Assembly (NCBI GenBank): GCA_963619995.1
Contig: CAVEYT010000001.1
Span: 1-29,458, forward strand
Source: Acutalibacteraceae bacterium
Lineage (GTDB): Bacteria; Bacillota; Negativicutes; Veillonellales; Dialisteraceae
Length of the DNA: 29,458 nt
Direction: 5' to 3'
Positions 12,937-22,314 of the stretch are shown piece after piece. Below the pieces are notes generated by a model. The model saw only the letters and a program-made list of their open reading frames with translations, searched no databases and had not been told where the DNA came from. Both the position numbers and the translations under genes were made by a program. Each line of letters opens with the position of its first letter. Position 1 is the first letter of the stretch.

Positions 12937-14045
12937 TCGTCATCGACCCCCTGATACGTCACGCTCACATTCTCGGCCGTGGCGATTTTCGCATTGCCTA
13001 TCACCGTGATTTCCGGCGATGTGACGTCCACTTTCGCCGCGCCCGCTTTCACCATGAGAGAGCACAGCTTTGACGGGTCTAAGTCGCGACCGAGTTTTGC
13101 TTTCTGCCAGGTGGCGTATTCTGTCACGGCGGCATTGACGGCCGACTGGATCGCGCTTGCGTTTGCCGCGTCGGCTTTGGCAATCTTGTAGGAAACTTCG
13201 ATGTCGTAATTTAAGACGTCCGGCGCGAGCACCACGACCTTGTCCGTGAGCGGCCGGACCTTGTCAGCGTTGCACACGGCATAGACGTCATCTAAGATTT
13301 CCTGCTCCGGTATCGCGCCGCCGTCCAAAAGTGGATAAATATTTACCACGCCCGGCGTCGGCGATGTCACAAAGACGTCGGCAATCTCCGCGTTCGCCGT
13401 TTTCGCCCAATATTCATACGCGCCGTAGCTTCCGGCGTTGGAAAATTTCTCCGGCGCTTGGTGGATGCGTTCGCGGAAATTCTCATCGTCTTCTGTATCC
13501 GCGCCGACCGCCGTCACGGTCGTATTCGTCACGGCGTCCACGTACGCCACGGGGTCGACAATCTTATTCAGCTCGCCCACCGAAAATCCGTTTCCTCCGC
13601 TGCCCGTTTCCAGGCAAGAGGCGGCCACGGTGCCGGTCACCTCGCCGGCGGGGATGGACAGTGCCTCATCGGTCGCAAAATACACGGTCTCGCCCTTATT
13701 CGTGACGCGCGTACCGGCGGGGATGACGACGCCGACTTCATCCGTCGACAGCGTGAAGGTGAGCGTCGTCTCCGCCGCGCTTGCCGGAATGCGTATCACG
13801 TCCAAGAGCACGCCGATGTGGTCGAGATAATCTCCCGTCGCATACGCCAATAGATTCATCTTTCCCGCGAAATTGATAAGATTTCTTTGTAAAATCAGCT
13901 CGCTCGCAATCGCCAGCAAAAAGAGACGCACGGGGTCGCCGTCCGCGAGCGTTCGTCCCGATATCGTCTCATACTGCTTGATGATTTCCGCTTTGACGGT
14001 CTCCTCGTCCGCGTCGCAAAATGCAATGTCCGCCAAGTCATACAT
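12933..14045 (-). CDS. Baseplate J-like protein
   Basis: GDPVRLF, YATGDYLDHIG, GADTEDDENFRERI, AGSYGAYEYWA, VRPLTDKV. Confidence 0.93.
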   Translation of the reverse strand: MYDLADIAFCDADEETVKAEIIKQYETISGRTLADGDPVRLFLLAIASELILQRNLINFAGKMNLLAYATGDYLDHIGVLLDVIRIPASAAETTLTFTLSTDEVGVVIPAGTRVTNKGETVYFATDEALSIPAGEVTGTVAASCLETGSGGNGFSVGELNKIVDPVAYVDAVTNTTVTAVGADTEDDENFRERIHQAPEKFSNAGSYGAYEYWAKTANAEIADVFVTSPTPGVVNIYPLLDGGAIPEQEILDDVYAVCNADKVRPLTDKVVVLAPDVLNYDIEVSYKIAKADAANASAIQSAVNAAVTEYATWQKAKLGRDLDPSKLCSLMVKAGAAKVDVTSPEITVIGNAKIATAENVSVTYQGVDDE

Positions 14046-14349
14046 CGATAGCCACCTCCAACTTTGGCGTTAATTTCCCGTCGGTATCGGCGGTAAATGA
14101 AATAGAGGAAACGGTCGCACGCGGCTCGTATTCTCTGACGGCGCGGATGATTTCCGATGAGATCATCGCCTGCGCTTTCGCCGTCGGCTTGTCCACATAG
14201 CTCGCGTCAATCCCGAAATCTCGATCCAGCGGTACGGAATATTTCACGGTCGAAATAATCGTCCGGACATTTTGCAGAATTTCTTCTACTTCCGTCTCCG
14301 GCGCAAAATCGACGCCCTCCAGTTTCCCGATCAAATATCGCGCTTTCAT
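14038..14349 (-). CDS. Baseplate wedge protein GPW/gp25 family
   Basis: EILQNVRTIIST...SVPLDRDFG...YEPR; ATGA coupling at 14349. Confidence 0.88.
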   Translation of the reverse strand: MKARYLIGKLEGVDFAPETEVEEILQNVRTIISTVKYSVPLDRDFGIDASYVDKPTAKAQAMISSEIIRAVREYEPRATVSSISFTADTDGKLTPKLEVAIDV

Positions 14350-14753
14350 ATGGCAATTTCCTCCGCGTATTCTTTCAACGTGACGGAGCAGGAAATACTG
14401 ATTGGTGTGCCGAAAGCGCCCCATTGCGTCACACTTTCGGAGACGTCTGTCACCACCCAGAGCGTATTTCCTATCACGTCCGTCCCGAGCACCAAGGGGA
14501 CCGTCTCGCCCGTGTCTCGCAGTTTCTCCAGCCGTTTCACCTCATCGGCGGGGATGACGCCCATATCGGCGCGAAGGAGCATTGTGAAAGAAATTTCCGA
14601 CTGCCCCGCGCCCAGAAATTCGGATATCGGCTTTTTGCCGATGATGTCATGCGTCACCCACCTGGCGGACGCGCTTTTCTGGTAGCCGTCAAACGTCCGG
14701 ACGCAATAGCGCGACGATAAAAAGGGAATGCTTCCCAAGAAACCGACAATCAA
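14346..14753 (-). CDS. Tail tube initiator, P2 GpU-like
   Basis: RWVTHDIIGKKPISEFLG, LVLG...G..WV, VTLKEY; TTG 14753 chosen from AGGAGG spacing (track start 14762). Confidence 0.8.
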   Translation of the reverse strand: MIVGFLGSIPFLSSRYCVRTFDGYQKSASARWVTHDIIGKKPISEFLGAGQSEISFTMLLRADMGVIPADEVKRLEKLRDTGETVPLVLGTDVIGNTLWVVTDVSESVTQWGAFGTPISISCSVTLKEYAEEIAI

Positions 14754-14758
14754 TCGAA

Positions 14759-15049
14759 TCACCCTCCTATCGAAACATTCGGCGAGCCTTCCGCCACACT
14801 GCCGCCGCAGGAAACGGCGTCACCCACGCGCCCGGCGGGGATGGCGTCAATGGAAACGGAAGACGAGCCGGAAGAAATATTTCCCACGTGCGGCGCATGG
14901 TCCGGGCAAGAATGCGACGCGTAAGGATCGCCCACGCGCCCCGCGCCCTTGCCATTGATGAAAACGTCGCCCGATGCGCCCGAAAGCGGGACGCCCGGAC
15001 ACGCATCGTGACCTGTATTGTTATCACCCAATCTCGTCGCGGCCGGCAT
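14759..15049 (-). CDS. PAAR-repeat spike tip protein
   Basis: PAATRLGD, GAGRVGD, PAGRVGD repeats with His/Cys metal ligands; next to gpV. Confidence 0.93.
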   Translation of the reverse strand: MPAATRLGDNNTGHDACPGVPLSGASGDVFINGKGAGRVGDPYASHSCPDHAPHVGNISSGSSSVSIDAIPAGRVGDAVSCGGSVAEGSPNVSIGG

Positions 15050-15057
15050 GGTCCCTC

Positions 15058-15462
15058 CTAATTGATATCAATCTTCGGCGCCGTCAGTTTCAAATGACTC
15101 GCCGCGTGGATGGAAATCTCGCCATGGTCGTATCGGAAGAAAGAACCGTCCGCAAAGCGTATTTCTCTTACGTCCGGATCGGTTTCTTTCGGCGGCGCGG
15201 CTTTTGTGTAAAATGCACCGAGGATAAAGCCCGCATTCAGCCCGTGTCCCGACGGATTCGGCAAGAAAAGACACAAGACTTGCGTGCCGACTTCCGGCAC
15301 CCAGTAGCCCGCTGTCGCCGCCGCGCCCGTCTGCAATATCGGAAGTTCATCGGAGACGACGTCCTCTTTGTCCGGAAACGTCACCCGCGCCCGGCAAGTT
15401 TCCCCGTTCACACTCGACACCTTCCCGACGCGGACGAGATTTCTGTATTGATTAGTATCCAT
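15058..15462 (-). CDS. Baseplate spike protein V
   Basis: VRVGKVSSV...RVTFPD...WVPEVGTQVLCLFLP...GFILG, FADGS. Confidence 0.88.
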   Translation of the reverse strand: MDTNQYRNLVRVGKVSSVNGETCRARVTFPDKEDVVSDELPILQTGAAATAGYWVPEVGTQVLCLFLPNPSGHGLNAGFILGAFYTKAAPPKETDPDVREIRFADGSFFRYDHGEISIHAASHLKLTAPKIDIN

Positions 15463-16489
15463 CAAGGCACCTCCGCAATTCCAGCGACGTCGTGTAACCG
15501 CTGCCGATGTCGTGCGACGCCGTCACGATGATGTATTTCCCATCAAACGCACCGAAGCCCGTCACATTGACGCAAGCCGACGCGAGCAGCTCGATATTTC
15601 CCACCAGCTCGGCGCTCATCGTGTATTCGCCGCTGTTCTTTTCGCGGAGCCGTTTCTTCGCCAGCTTCTCCGCCTCGGCCACCGTCTTTACCTGTTCTTT
15701 GACTTCGAGCGTCTTGCCCTCTTTCTTCGTTTCGTCCGTGAAAGTCGCCTCTATCGTCTCGCCGCTTTCCGTTTCCGTATATTTCACGTGGCACGCTTTG
15801 TAGATGTCGCGCGTCGTAGCGTGGAAACGGTAGCTCTTAATGGTTTCTATGGCGCCCGCCGCGCCGCTGCCCGGTTTGGCCAAGGTCGCGATAGCGTCTT
15901 TTTTCTCGTAATCCGTCTCGTCGAAAATGACGAGCTGTCCGTCGTGGATCTTGAGCGCCAGGCCGTGATCGCCGCAAAGTTTCAAAAGAAATGCCAGGTC
16001 GCTTTCCTCCGTCTGCTCGATGCGGTCCGGCGTGGGGTTTTCCTCGGTATCGAATACCAATTCCAGCCCGGCGCCGTCCGCGATGTCTTTTGCGACGGTC
16101 TTGAGCTCCGCTTTTTCCCACGAACGCGTCCGCTCCGTGCCGCGCAGCGTGTTTCCGTCCGGCACCGATACGGCCTTGATGGAAACCTCCGACGGCGGAG
16201 CGCTCGCCTCTATCGTATCAATCGCAAACGTCCCGAGCCGCGTCACGGTCGTGCCGGAAAGAGAATTGTCCCAATTCGTCAGCTGTAGGGAAATATCCAG
16301 CGTCGCGCCGCGATCCGGAAACCATGACGCCATCCACAGCCCGGCGCGGTCTTCCAATTTCAATTCGATATCGTCGGCGTATCCGGAAAGATTGTCCGTG
16401 TATGACAGACTTTTGAGATACGGCCTAAGGTCCGCGCTGATATCTTTGCCGTCGTATTTCACAATCGGCACAATCTGCCGCGGCTTCAT
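15452..16489 (-). CDS. Baseplate hub / late control protein D-like
   Basis: YDGKDIS, YTDNLSGYADDIELKLED, QTEESDLAFL, GFGAFDGKY; ATG 16489 coupled to the tail X stop. Confidence 0.88.
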   Translation of the reverse strand: MKPRQIVPIVKYDGKDISADLRPYLKSLSYTDNLSGYADDIELKLEDRAGLWMASWFPDRGATLDISLQLTNWDNSLSGTTVTRLGTFAIDTIEASAPPSEVSIKAVSVPDGNTLRGTERTRSWEKAELKTVAKDIADGAGLELVFDTEENPTPDRIEQTEESDLAFLLKLCGDHGLALKIHDGQLVIFDETDYEKKDAIATLAKPGSGAAGAIETIKSYRFHATTRDIYKACHVKYTETESGETIEATFTDETKKEGKTLEVKEQVKTVAEAEKLAKKRLREKNSGEYTMSAELVGNIELLASACVNVTGFGAFDGKYIIVTASHDIGSGYTTSLELRRCLDGY

Positions 16490-16689
16490 CCGCGCCTCCA
16501 CGGCGGGAGCTTGGATGTGCTCTCTGCCTCGTAGGTCGGAACGGTCAAGACGACGCCGGCCGAGAAAATGGCGATGTGTCGGTATTCCGGATTCGCTTCC
16601 AAAAGCGCCGTCATGCCCGCTTCCGTCCCGTATTGCGCCTTGGCAATCGCGTCCCACATGTCGCCTTGATTTGTCGTGTAATTAGGCAT
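16486..16689 (-). CDS. Tail protein X (LysM-like)
   Basis: YTTNQGDMWDAIA...YG...LLEANP...LPPWR. Confidence 0.9.
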   Translation of the reverse strand: MPNYTTNQGDMWDAIAKAQYGTEAGMTALLEANPEYRHIAIFSAGVVLTVPTYEAESTSKLPPWRRG

Positions 16690-18808
16690 ACGCCACGCGC
16701 CTCCCGTCCGTCTGAATTTCCTGTAGCATTCGTTTCAGCTCGCGCATGGAAATTTTCGCAATCTCCTGCGCCACGTTTCCGTCGCCCGAGACATTGATTG
16801 TCGGATTGAAATTGATAGAAACGTTTCCGCCGCCCAGCGGATTTCCCATAATGCGATTCGTCTCGGCGAGAAGGCCGATGTTTCGCGCCGACGGCGTATG
16901 CGGAATGGCCGACTCGCCGCTTTCTTCGGCAAAGGTCGTCAGGAAAGCGCCCTTGCCGTAGATGCCGCCGGAGGCATTCTGCGCGACGTCCACGCCGCCG
17001 CCTTTCACCGTATTCACTATCGCGGTAATGGGCGAAGAGAAGAATTGTCTCACGTTATCCCAGCCGGTTTTCAGCCAGTTGAAAGCTTCTCCGAATTTTT
17101 GATAAATGCCATCAATGAAGGTCTGAATAGCCGCCGCCGGGTCATTCCATAAAAGCACGAACCATTCTTTGATGGCGCCCCAGTTTTGGTAGATGAGATT
17201 CGGAATGGCAAAGAGAGGATTCCATTCCAATATAAAATTTCCTATGGCCGCAATGGGACCATTCCAGAGATTCACGAAAAACTCTTTGATGGCGCCCCAG
17301 TTTTGGTAGATCACGTACCCCACGGCTCCGAGAGCAACAAGTCCGGCGATGACTAATCCGATAGGTCCCACCAAAAAGCTAAACGCACCGATGGCACCTT
17401 TGGCGAAGCTAAATATTTTCCCTATTCCTTCAGCAGCTCCAACGAAATCTTTTATCGCCTTACCCATTCCGACAACTTGCATTACGGAACCGGCTACAGA
17501 AGAAATCGCGCCAACCGCGCCGACAAAACCGGCGACACCGACCGCCGCACCGCCAAGAAATGCTGTAAGCCCTGGAAATTTTTTAGCAAAATTCCCTATC
17601 AAAGACGCACCGTCACTAAACAATCGGATTAACGGCGTCATTGCCGGAATTAAATCATTTCCGATGGCAATCTTTAACGCTTTCACGTTGTTTTCTGCCA
17701 ATTTCAGTGCGTTTTTGGTGGTTTTACTTTTGGCTGAATACTCGCCCTCCATGCTTCCGGCGTATTGCGAAGCGTCTCCTACCATGTTAAAATTATTTTC
17801 AAGAGAATCTAATGTCGTAAGCAGCGGCGAAAGAGCTTCGATAGATTCACTGCCGAACAAATCTTTCAATGTGGCCGCTTGCGTATCCTTATCGAGCCCT
17901 TGAAGAGCTTTGAGGACAGCCATGATGGAGCCTTGTGCGTCTTCTTGCATGGCCTTTGCTAAATCTTTTGTGGAGAATCCCAGCTTTGCAAACGCTTCTT
18001 TTTGTCTGTTCGTCGCACTTTCGCCGGCCGTTAATCCCAAAATGAGGTTTTTAATGCCGGTCGACGCGATTTCAGCCGGTTTCCCTGTCCCGACAATGGC
18101 CGATCCGAGCGCGGCGACTTCGCCCGCTGCCAGACCGCCGACTTCGCCCAGGGGGCCGATGCGCGTCACGACTTCAGCTATTTGCCCGGCGGATGCCGCC
18201 GAAGTGTTTCCGAGGTAATTGACTTTGTCCGCCAGTGACTCTACTTCTTTTTGATTCATTTTGAAAGCCGTGCGCCATTTGGCCATCATGTCCCCCGCTT
18301 GATCGGCGGTCGTGTCGAACGCGATCCCCATCTTAGCGGCGCTTTCGGCAAAGCCTAATAAATCCTCGCGCGCGATCCCTGATTGTCCGCCCGCTGCCAC
18401 GATGGCCGCGATTTCATCGGTGGTCATGGGAAGCGTTTTAGATAGCTCAATGATATCGTCGCCCATCTCCTTAAACTGTTGCGGCGTGTCGAAGTCTACG
18501 ACTTTGCGGACGTCGCTCATGGCATCTTCAAAAGATATGGCATCTTTGCTGATTTCGAGTAAAGCGCTTCCTATATTTCGAGATGCGGTCATTGCTTTTT
18601 GCCCGAATCCCGATAGAGCCTTCCCGCCGAATACTGTTGTGACGTTCTTGCCGAGATTGCGTAAATCTACTTTTCCACCGGCTAAGCCGATATCCTTTAT
18701 TTTCTGCTCCAAGCCGGAGAGCATTTTCCCGGCTTCTCCGAAGCTTGCACTGAAATTGGAGCCTAAGTTTGCGTTGATTTCAAACTTAAATTCCATTGTT
18801 TTTGCCAT
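16682..18808 (-). CDS. Tail tape measure protein (TP901-family core)
   Basis: AISFEDAMSDVRKVVDF, AAGGQSGIA, Ala/Gly-rich body, Trp repeats IYQNWGAIKE twice, C-terminal AEESGESAIP. Confidence 0.93.
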   Translation of the reverse strand: MAKTMEFKFEINANLGSNFSASFGEAGKMLSGLEQKIKDIGLAGGKVDLRNLGKNVTTVFGGKALSGFGQKAMTASRNIGSALLEISKDAISFEDAMSDVRKVVDFDTPQQFKEMGDDIIELSKTLPMTTDEIAAIVAAGGQSGIAREDLLGFAESAAKMGIAFDTTADQAGDMMAKWRTAFKMNQKEVESLADKVNYLGNTSAASAGQIAEVVTRIGPLGEVGGLAAGEVAALGSAIVGTGKPAEIASTGIKNLILGLTAGESATNRQKEAFAKLGFSTKDLAKAMQEDAQGSIMAVLKALQGLDKDTQAATLKDLFGSESIEALSPLLTTLDSLENNFNMVGDASQYAGSMEGEYSAKSKTTKNALKLAENNVKALKIAIGNDLIPAMTPLIRLFSDGASLIGNFAKKFPGLTAFLGGAAVGVAGFVGAVGAISSVAGSVMQVVGMGKAIKDFVGAAEGIGKIFSFAKGAIGAFSFLVGPIGLVIAGLVALGAVGYVIYQNWGAIKEFFVNLWNGPIAAIGNFILEWNPLFAIPNLIYQNWGAIKEWFVLLWNDPAAAIQTFIDGIYQKFGEAFNWLKTGWDNVRQFFSSPITAIVNTVKGGGVDVAQNASGGIYGKGAFLTTFAEESGESAIPHTPSARNIGLLAETNRIMGNPLGGGNVSINFNPTINVSGDGNVAQEIAKISMRELKRMLQEIQTDGRRVAYA

Positions 18809-18848
18809 TGTTTCACCTCTGTTTCTTGATTAAAAAGGAGGGGTCAAT

Positions 18849-19121
18849 ATGTACGCGTGTTGGTTTGGATTTTGGGGCGGTTTTTTTCTCGTTTTGGGCA
18901 TCCAATCGGTCATTGTCGGTTTCGGCGCGTGCTTAGGCGCGTTCCTCGGCGTCATTCCGTCTCTCTTGTTGGAAGCCGCCGGCGCTCCGCTTTCGTTTGA
19001 TATGTCACAAAACCTGATTTATGCTTTCGGCATCGTTTCCGGTTTGATAACATTCGCCGCCTCCTCTTTTCTCCCGATTCTTTACTGGAAAAAGCTGTAC
19101 AAGTACCGTCATTGGGCCTGA
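18849..19121 (+). CDS. Small membrane protein on the opposite strand (moron-like)
   Basis: RBS AAGGAGG; 2-3 hydrophobic segments and basic C-terminus; fills the gap between chaperone and tape measure genes. Confidence 0.7.
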   Translation: MYACWFGFWGGFFLVLGIQSVIVGFGACLGAFLGVIPSLLLEAAGAPLSFDMSQNLIYAFGIVSGLITFAASSFLPILYWKKLYKYRHWA

Positions 19122-19264
19122 ACGATTTCGGCATAATCAATCATCTCTGAAAGCGGTAAATCTAAGAAAAAAGGAATCGGTGTATACGTAGTTTGCGCCA
19201 GCCGTATTGCGATTTGTTTAATCGGCTTGGTCGTTTTTTCCGCGCCGATTATCCGAGTAAAAAA
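19109..19264 (-). CDS. -1 frameshift extension of the tail assembly chaperone (gpGT / P2 E'-like)
   Basis: Slippery T TTT TTA (19264-19258); -1 frame open for 51 codons: FFTRIIGAEKTTKPIKQIAIRLAQTTYTPIPFFLDLPLSEMIDYAEIVQAQ*. Confidence 0.75.
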   Translation of the reverse strand, partial: FFTRIIGAEKTTKPIKQIAIRLAQTTYTPIPFFLDLPLSEMIDYAEIVQAQ

Positions 19265-19524
19265 CTTGCTGTGAGCACGAGAATATTTTTGAAATCCGCC
19301 GCATTCATCTCGAAGACGTCATCCGGCTTGCACCCGATTGCTTTTGCAGCGATGATGGCTTGATATTTCATGCTTGCCAATACTGACGCTTCACTGCTTC
19401 CCAGTGCGCGCGCTTCCGCTTCCGCTTGAATCATGTCGTTGCCGGTGAGTTTCTCGAAATCCAGATTGACTGTCTTGACTTCTTTGTCTCCGATTTTGAT
19501 GGCCTTCTTCAGTGTGATCTCCAT
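19249..19524 (-). CDS. Tail assembly chaperone (Mu gp41 / P2 gpE-like)
   Basis: ITLKKAI...LDFEKLTGNDM..AE...M.AADF...FL; between tube and tape measure. Confidence 0.85.
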   Translation of the reverse strand: MEITLKKAIKIGDKEVKTVNLDFEKLTGNDMIQAEAEARALGSSEASVLASMKYQAIIAAKAIGCKPDDVFEMNAADFKNILVLTASFLLG

Positions 19525-19593
19525 TTTGTTTTCCTACCTTTCGTGAAAAAAAATATTGACGCGGCGCGGCGGTCTTCCCGCTTGGCCGCGATG

Positions 19594-19635
19594 AAAAGAA
19601 AAACCTCCAAAAATGCTTCGGAGGTTTCCTTTTTT
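19594..19635 (-). terminator. Terminator/attenuator after the tail tube gene
   Basis: AAACCTCC (19601-19608) / GGAGGTTT (19620-19627) stem with T-rich tails on both strands. Confidence 0.6.
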
Positions 19636-19643
19636 GTTACTTT

Positions 19644-20159
19644 TTAGCCCAGGCCGAGAGCCGTGCGGACCTTCGCGAGGTGATCTTCCCCGTCGATGTT
19701 GCAAATATAATTGAACTTGTCCAGCTCCAGCACCGTCGAGCCGTCGACGTCTATCTTGATATACGTGACTTCTATCGTATTCTTTGTGTCCGTCGTCGCG
19801 CCCATCTCGAGCTTGCCGAGGTCGGTGTTTTTCGTCATGCCGCGCACGACAATCTTCACCGGCACGGGTTTCAGCGTGCTCGTCGCCGGGTCATTCATCT
19901 GCACCGCGCCGCGCAGGTCGAGCGCCACGCCCGTCGGTTTCGCCAATACGATATTCGTCTTGGCTAAAGAGCGCCAATTCAGCTCCAATTCCATCGAGCC
20001 GAAATGCCCAATCGTCGGACTGTCGATTTCGCCCGCGATCCCCGCGCCCTTCACCGTCTCCGTCACCGCTTCCAGCTTCGGCAGCGTGACATCGGAGACG
20101 CCGAGCAAATCGTCGCCGTCTTGATATACTCTGAAGTTAATCAGTTTTTCCGGAATCAT
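19644..20159 (-). CDS. Major tail tube protein (P2 FII-like)
   Basis: IPEKLINFRVY, VTLPKL, GAGIAGEI, YIKIDVDG..LELDKFN, VRTALG. Confidence 0.92.
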   Translation of the reverse strand: MIPEKLINFRVYQDGDDLLGVSDVTLPKLEAVTETVKGAGIAGEIDSPTIGHFGSMELELNWRSLAKTNIVLAKPTGVALDLRGAVQMNDPATSTLKPVPVKIVVRGMTKNTDLGKLEMGATTDTKNTIEVTYIKIDVDGSTVLELDKFNYICNIDGEDHLAKVRTALGLG

Positions 20160-20171
20160 GCGCTGCCTCCT

Positions 20172-21617
20172 TTATGCGAAAAGCGTACTGAAATAATCGG
20201 GGTCGTACTCGATGACGTTCTCGATCTCCCGCGCCGGCGTCGGCGGCGTAAAGTACGTGTGAAACTTGATAATCCCGTCCAAAAGATTCGTCGTCGCGTT
20301 TTCATCCTCGCGGAACTCCACCCGCGCACCGAGAAGCGCACCGGACGCCACATAGGAATTGAGCCGAATGTTTTCGCTGTCGACAATCGTCTGAATGAGC
20401 CGCTTCGTGATAGGCTTGTCCACCTTCGTCCAGTATGTCTGAATGAACGTCTGCGCCTGCCAGTAGAACATCCGCTTGATGGAAATGAAAGCGTCCTTCG
20501 CGTCCGTATTCGACGGATAGCAACCCGTCCGATTGCCCCACGCCTTCCAGCCGCCAATGAAATTGAGCGCCGTCACGACGCCCTGGCCGTTCAAGTAATT
20601 CGCATTCTCCGGTCCCAGAATGATTTCGTTTCCGTCCGCGTCACACGTCCCCTGAATATTCATCGTCTTATTGGACGGCGATTCATACGGCACATCGTCA
20701 TTCGACGCATCGACGGAGGAAATCACGCCCATCATGTGGACGGACATGTGATATACCACATCGCCGTTTCTCACCATCGGCCAGCAGACGATTTCATTCT
20801 CGCCGACGTAGTTATTGGAATTTTTCCAAGAGGAAACTTCCGTGTACTTCGTGACTTCATCCGCCGGAATGTCCACGAGCACCATCGCTTTAAAATGCTC
20901 ATTGATATTGAGCGCTTTCGCTTTCATGACGGATTCCACCGCCGGGTTTCCGCTGTAGCCCGGCGCTAGCACCAAGCCCGGGACAAGGCCGGTGATGGGG
21001 AATACTTGATTCAGACATTCCAGCCCTTTCGCCTCGCCCGTCGTCGTGTCGATGCCGCCGATGATATCGGAATACGTCACGGCCGACGCGTCCAGCGCGT
21101 CATACGTCACATACGCATTCTTCGCTTTCGCCAAGGCGCCGCCCGTCAAAATGCTGATAATCAGCACGCCGTCATCGTCATAGGCTGCCGTGTAATCGGT
21201 ATCGACGACGCAGGTTGCGCCCTCCGCCGATACTTTTACGACGAGCGTATCCAGCAATACGGCATCTTCCACCGTCGCCGCACCGTCCGTGATTTCCACG
21301 GTCGCGGTCTTTTTCGCTTTATGCTTCTTCGAATCCAGTACGTTCACCAATACGACGGGACCGTACCCGTACAACGCGAACTGCGAATACATCGCCTCGC
21401 ACAATGTGTACTTTTCCCAATCGGCGCTGTAGCCGAAAGCCGCGACGGCCTCGGCGTAGCTGTAGCAAAGTGTCGGGCGATTCGCCGGCGCGGCATCACT
21501 GGCCAGATGCACCGGCGCCGTGCCGAAAATGACAGGAAGTCCCGCTGTCGTATTCACGGCCGGGACAATGCTCGTCGGCAATTCAGACACGTATACGCCA
21601 TGTTTATACCCGCTCAT
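20172..21617 (-). CDS. Contractile tail sheath protein
   Basis: YKHGVYVSE, GTAPV, YESPSNK, ANYLNGQGV, WGNRT, PPTPAREI. Confidence 0.94.
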   Translation of the reverse strand: MSGYKHGVYVSELPTSIVPAVNTTAGLPVIFGTAPVHLASDAAPANRPTLCYSYAEAVAAFGYSADWEKYTLCEAMYSQFALYGYGPVVLVNVLDSKKHKAKKTATVEITDGAATVEDAVLLDTLVVKVSAEGATCVVDTDYTAAYDDDGVLIISILTGGALAKAKNAYVTYDALDASAVTYSDIIGGIDTTTGEAKGLECLNQVFPITGLVPGLVLAPGYSGNPAVESVMKAKALNINEHFKAMVLVDIPADEVTKYTEVSSWKNSNNYVGENEIVCWPMVRNGDVVYHMSVHMMGVISSVDASNDDVPYESPSNKTMNIQGTCDADGNEIILGPENANYLNGQGVVTALNFIGGWKAWGNRTGCYPSNTDAKDAFISIKRMFYWQAQTFIQTYWTKVDKPITKRLIQTIVDSENIRLNSYVASGALLGARVEFREDENATTNLLDGIIKFHTYFTPPTPAREIENVIEYDPDYFSTLFA

Positions 21618-21869
21618 TTATACCTCCTTCGTTCTTTTGGAATACAAATACAGAGCCGTCCCCTTGCGGTTTCGCTCTGCCAGTTTCACGGTGTAACTTT
21701 CCACCGGTACAAAAAGATTTGCCATCCACGGATGCGCTTTTATGATCGCGGCAACGTGCTCCGGAAAGCCGCCACAAAACACAGTCGCATGTGCCAGCCG
21801 CCCGCTGCCCAGATTCGGGCCGATGTAGATCATCCTGTTTTCTTTAGATACGGTCGAATGTTTCGCCAT
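21618..21869 (-). CDS. Conserved small phage protein upstream of sheath
   Basis: IYIGPNL...LFVPV...GT motif; RBS GAGGAGG, ATG 21869. Confidence 0.7.
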   Translation of the reverse strand: MAKHSTVSKENRMIYIGPNLGSGRLAHATVFCGGFPEHVAAIIKAHPWMANLFVPVESYTVKLAERNRKGTALYLYSKRTKEV

Positions 21870-22314
21870 AATCGATACCCTCCTCTTCGATAAAAGCAAT
21901 CGTGTACGTCACGGTGATGACGCCCACCCATTCGGGAAACGGCTGCTCGGTCGGTATTTCCGTCTTAAGCGGCAATATCAACCGATTGCGCCCGCCGAGC
22001 GTCCGTTTCTTAAGCAATGCCTGTCGGATATGCTCCGCCAGATTGTACAGTGAGCGCCCACCCGAGTCTTTGTCGGCGTCGTAGACGGAAAGCCCAATCA
22101 TGAGTTTCACATCACTCGCACCGGCCGCGCTGTCATTGGCTTCCGTCGGCACACAATACACGCACGACGGCGTCTCGTCTCTCGACGTTCGCACCGGGGG
22201 GAACCCCGCATAAACCTCGATTTTCTTCCTTCCGCTCGCTTGCTTGGCGGAATACTCCGCGACGACCTCTTTGAGATACGCCGCGACATTTTCCATAGAT
22301 TCGACGATTGTCAT
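21844..22314 (-). CDS. Putative tail terminator/completion protein
   Basis: Position between neck and sheath genes; EQPFPEWVG end; ATGA coupling. Confidence 0.6.
   Translation of the reverse strand: MTIVESMENVAAYLKEVVAEYSAKQASGRKKIEVYAGFPPVRTSRDETPSCVYCVPTEANDSAAGASDVKLMIGLSVYDADKDSGGRSLYNLAEHIRQALLKKRTLGGRNRLILPLKTEIPTEQPFPEWVGVITVTYTIAFIEEEGIDYGETFDRI

Noticed and set aside
17166..17311. 29-bp exact direct repeat 117 bp apart
   Set aside because: Encodes the ordinary Trp-containing repeat (IYQNWGAIKE) of the tape measure protein.
20004..21893. 321-aa and 295-aa + strand ORFs (and similar ones opposite gpD, terL and baseplate genes)
   Set aside because: Shadows of sheath and other clearly identified - strand genes; Arg-rich, non-protein-like composition.
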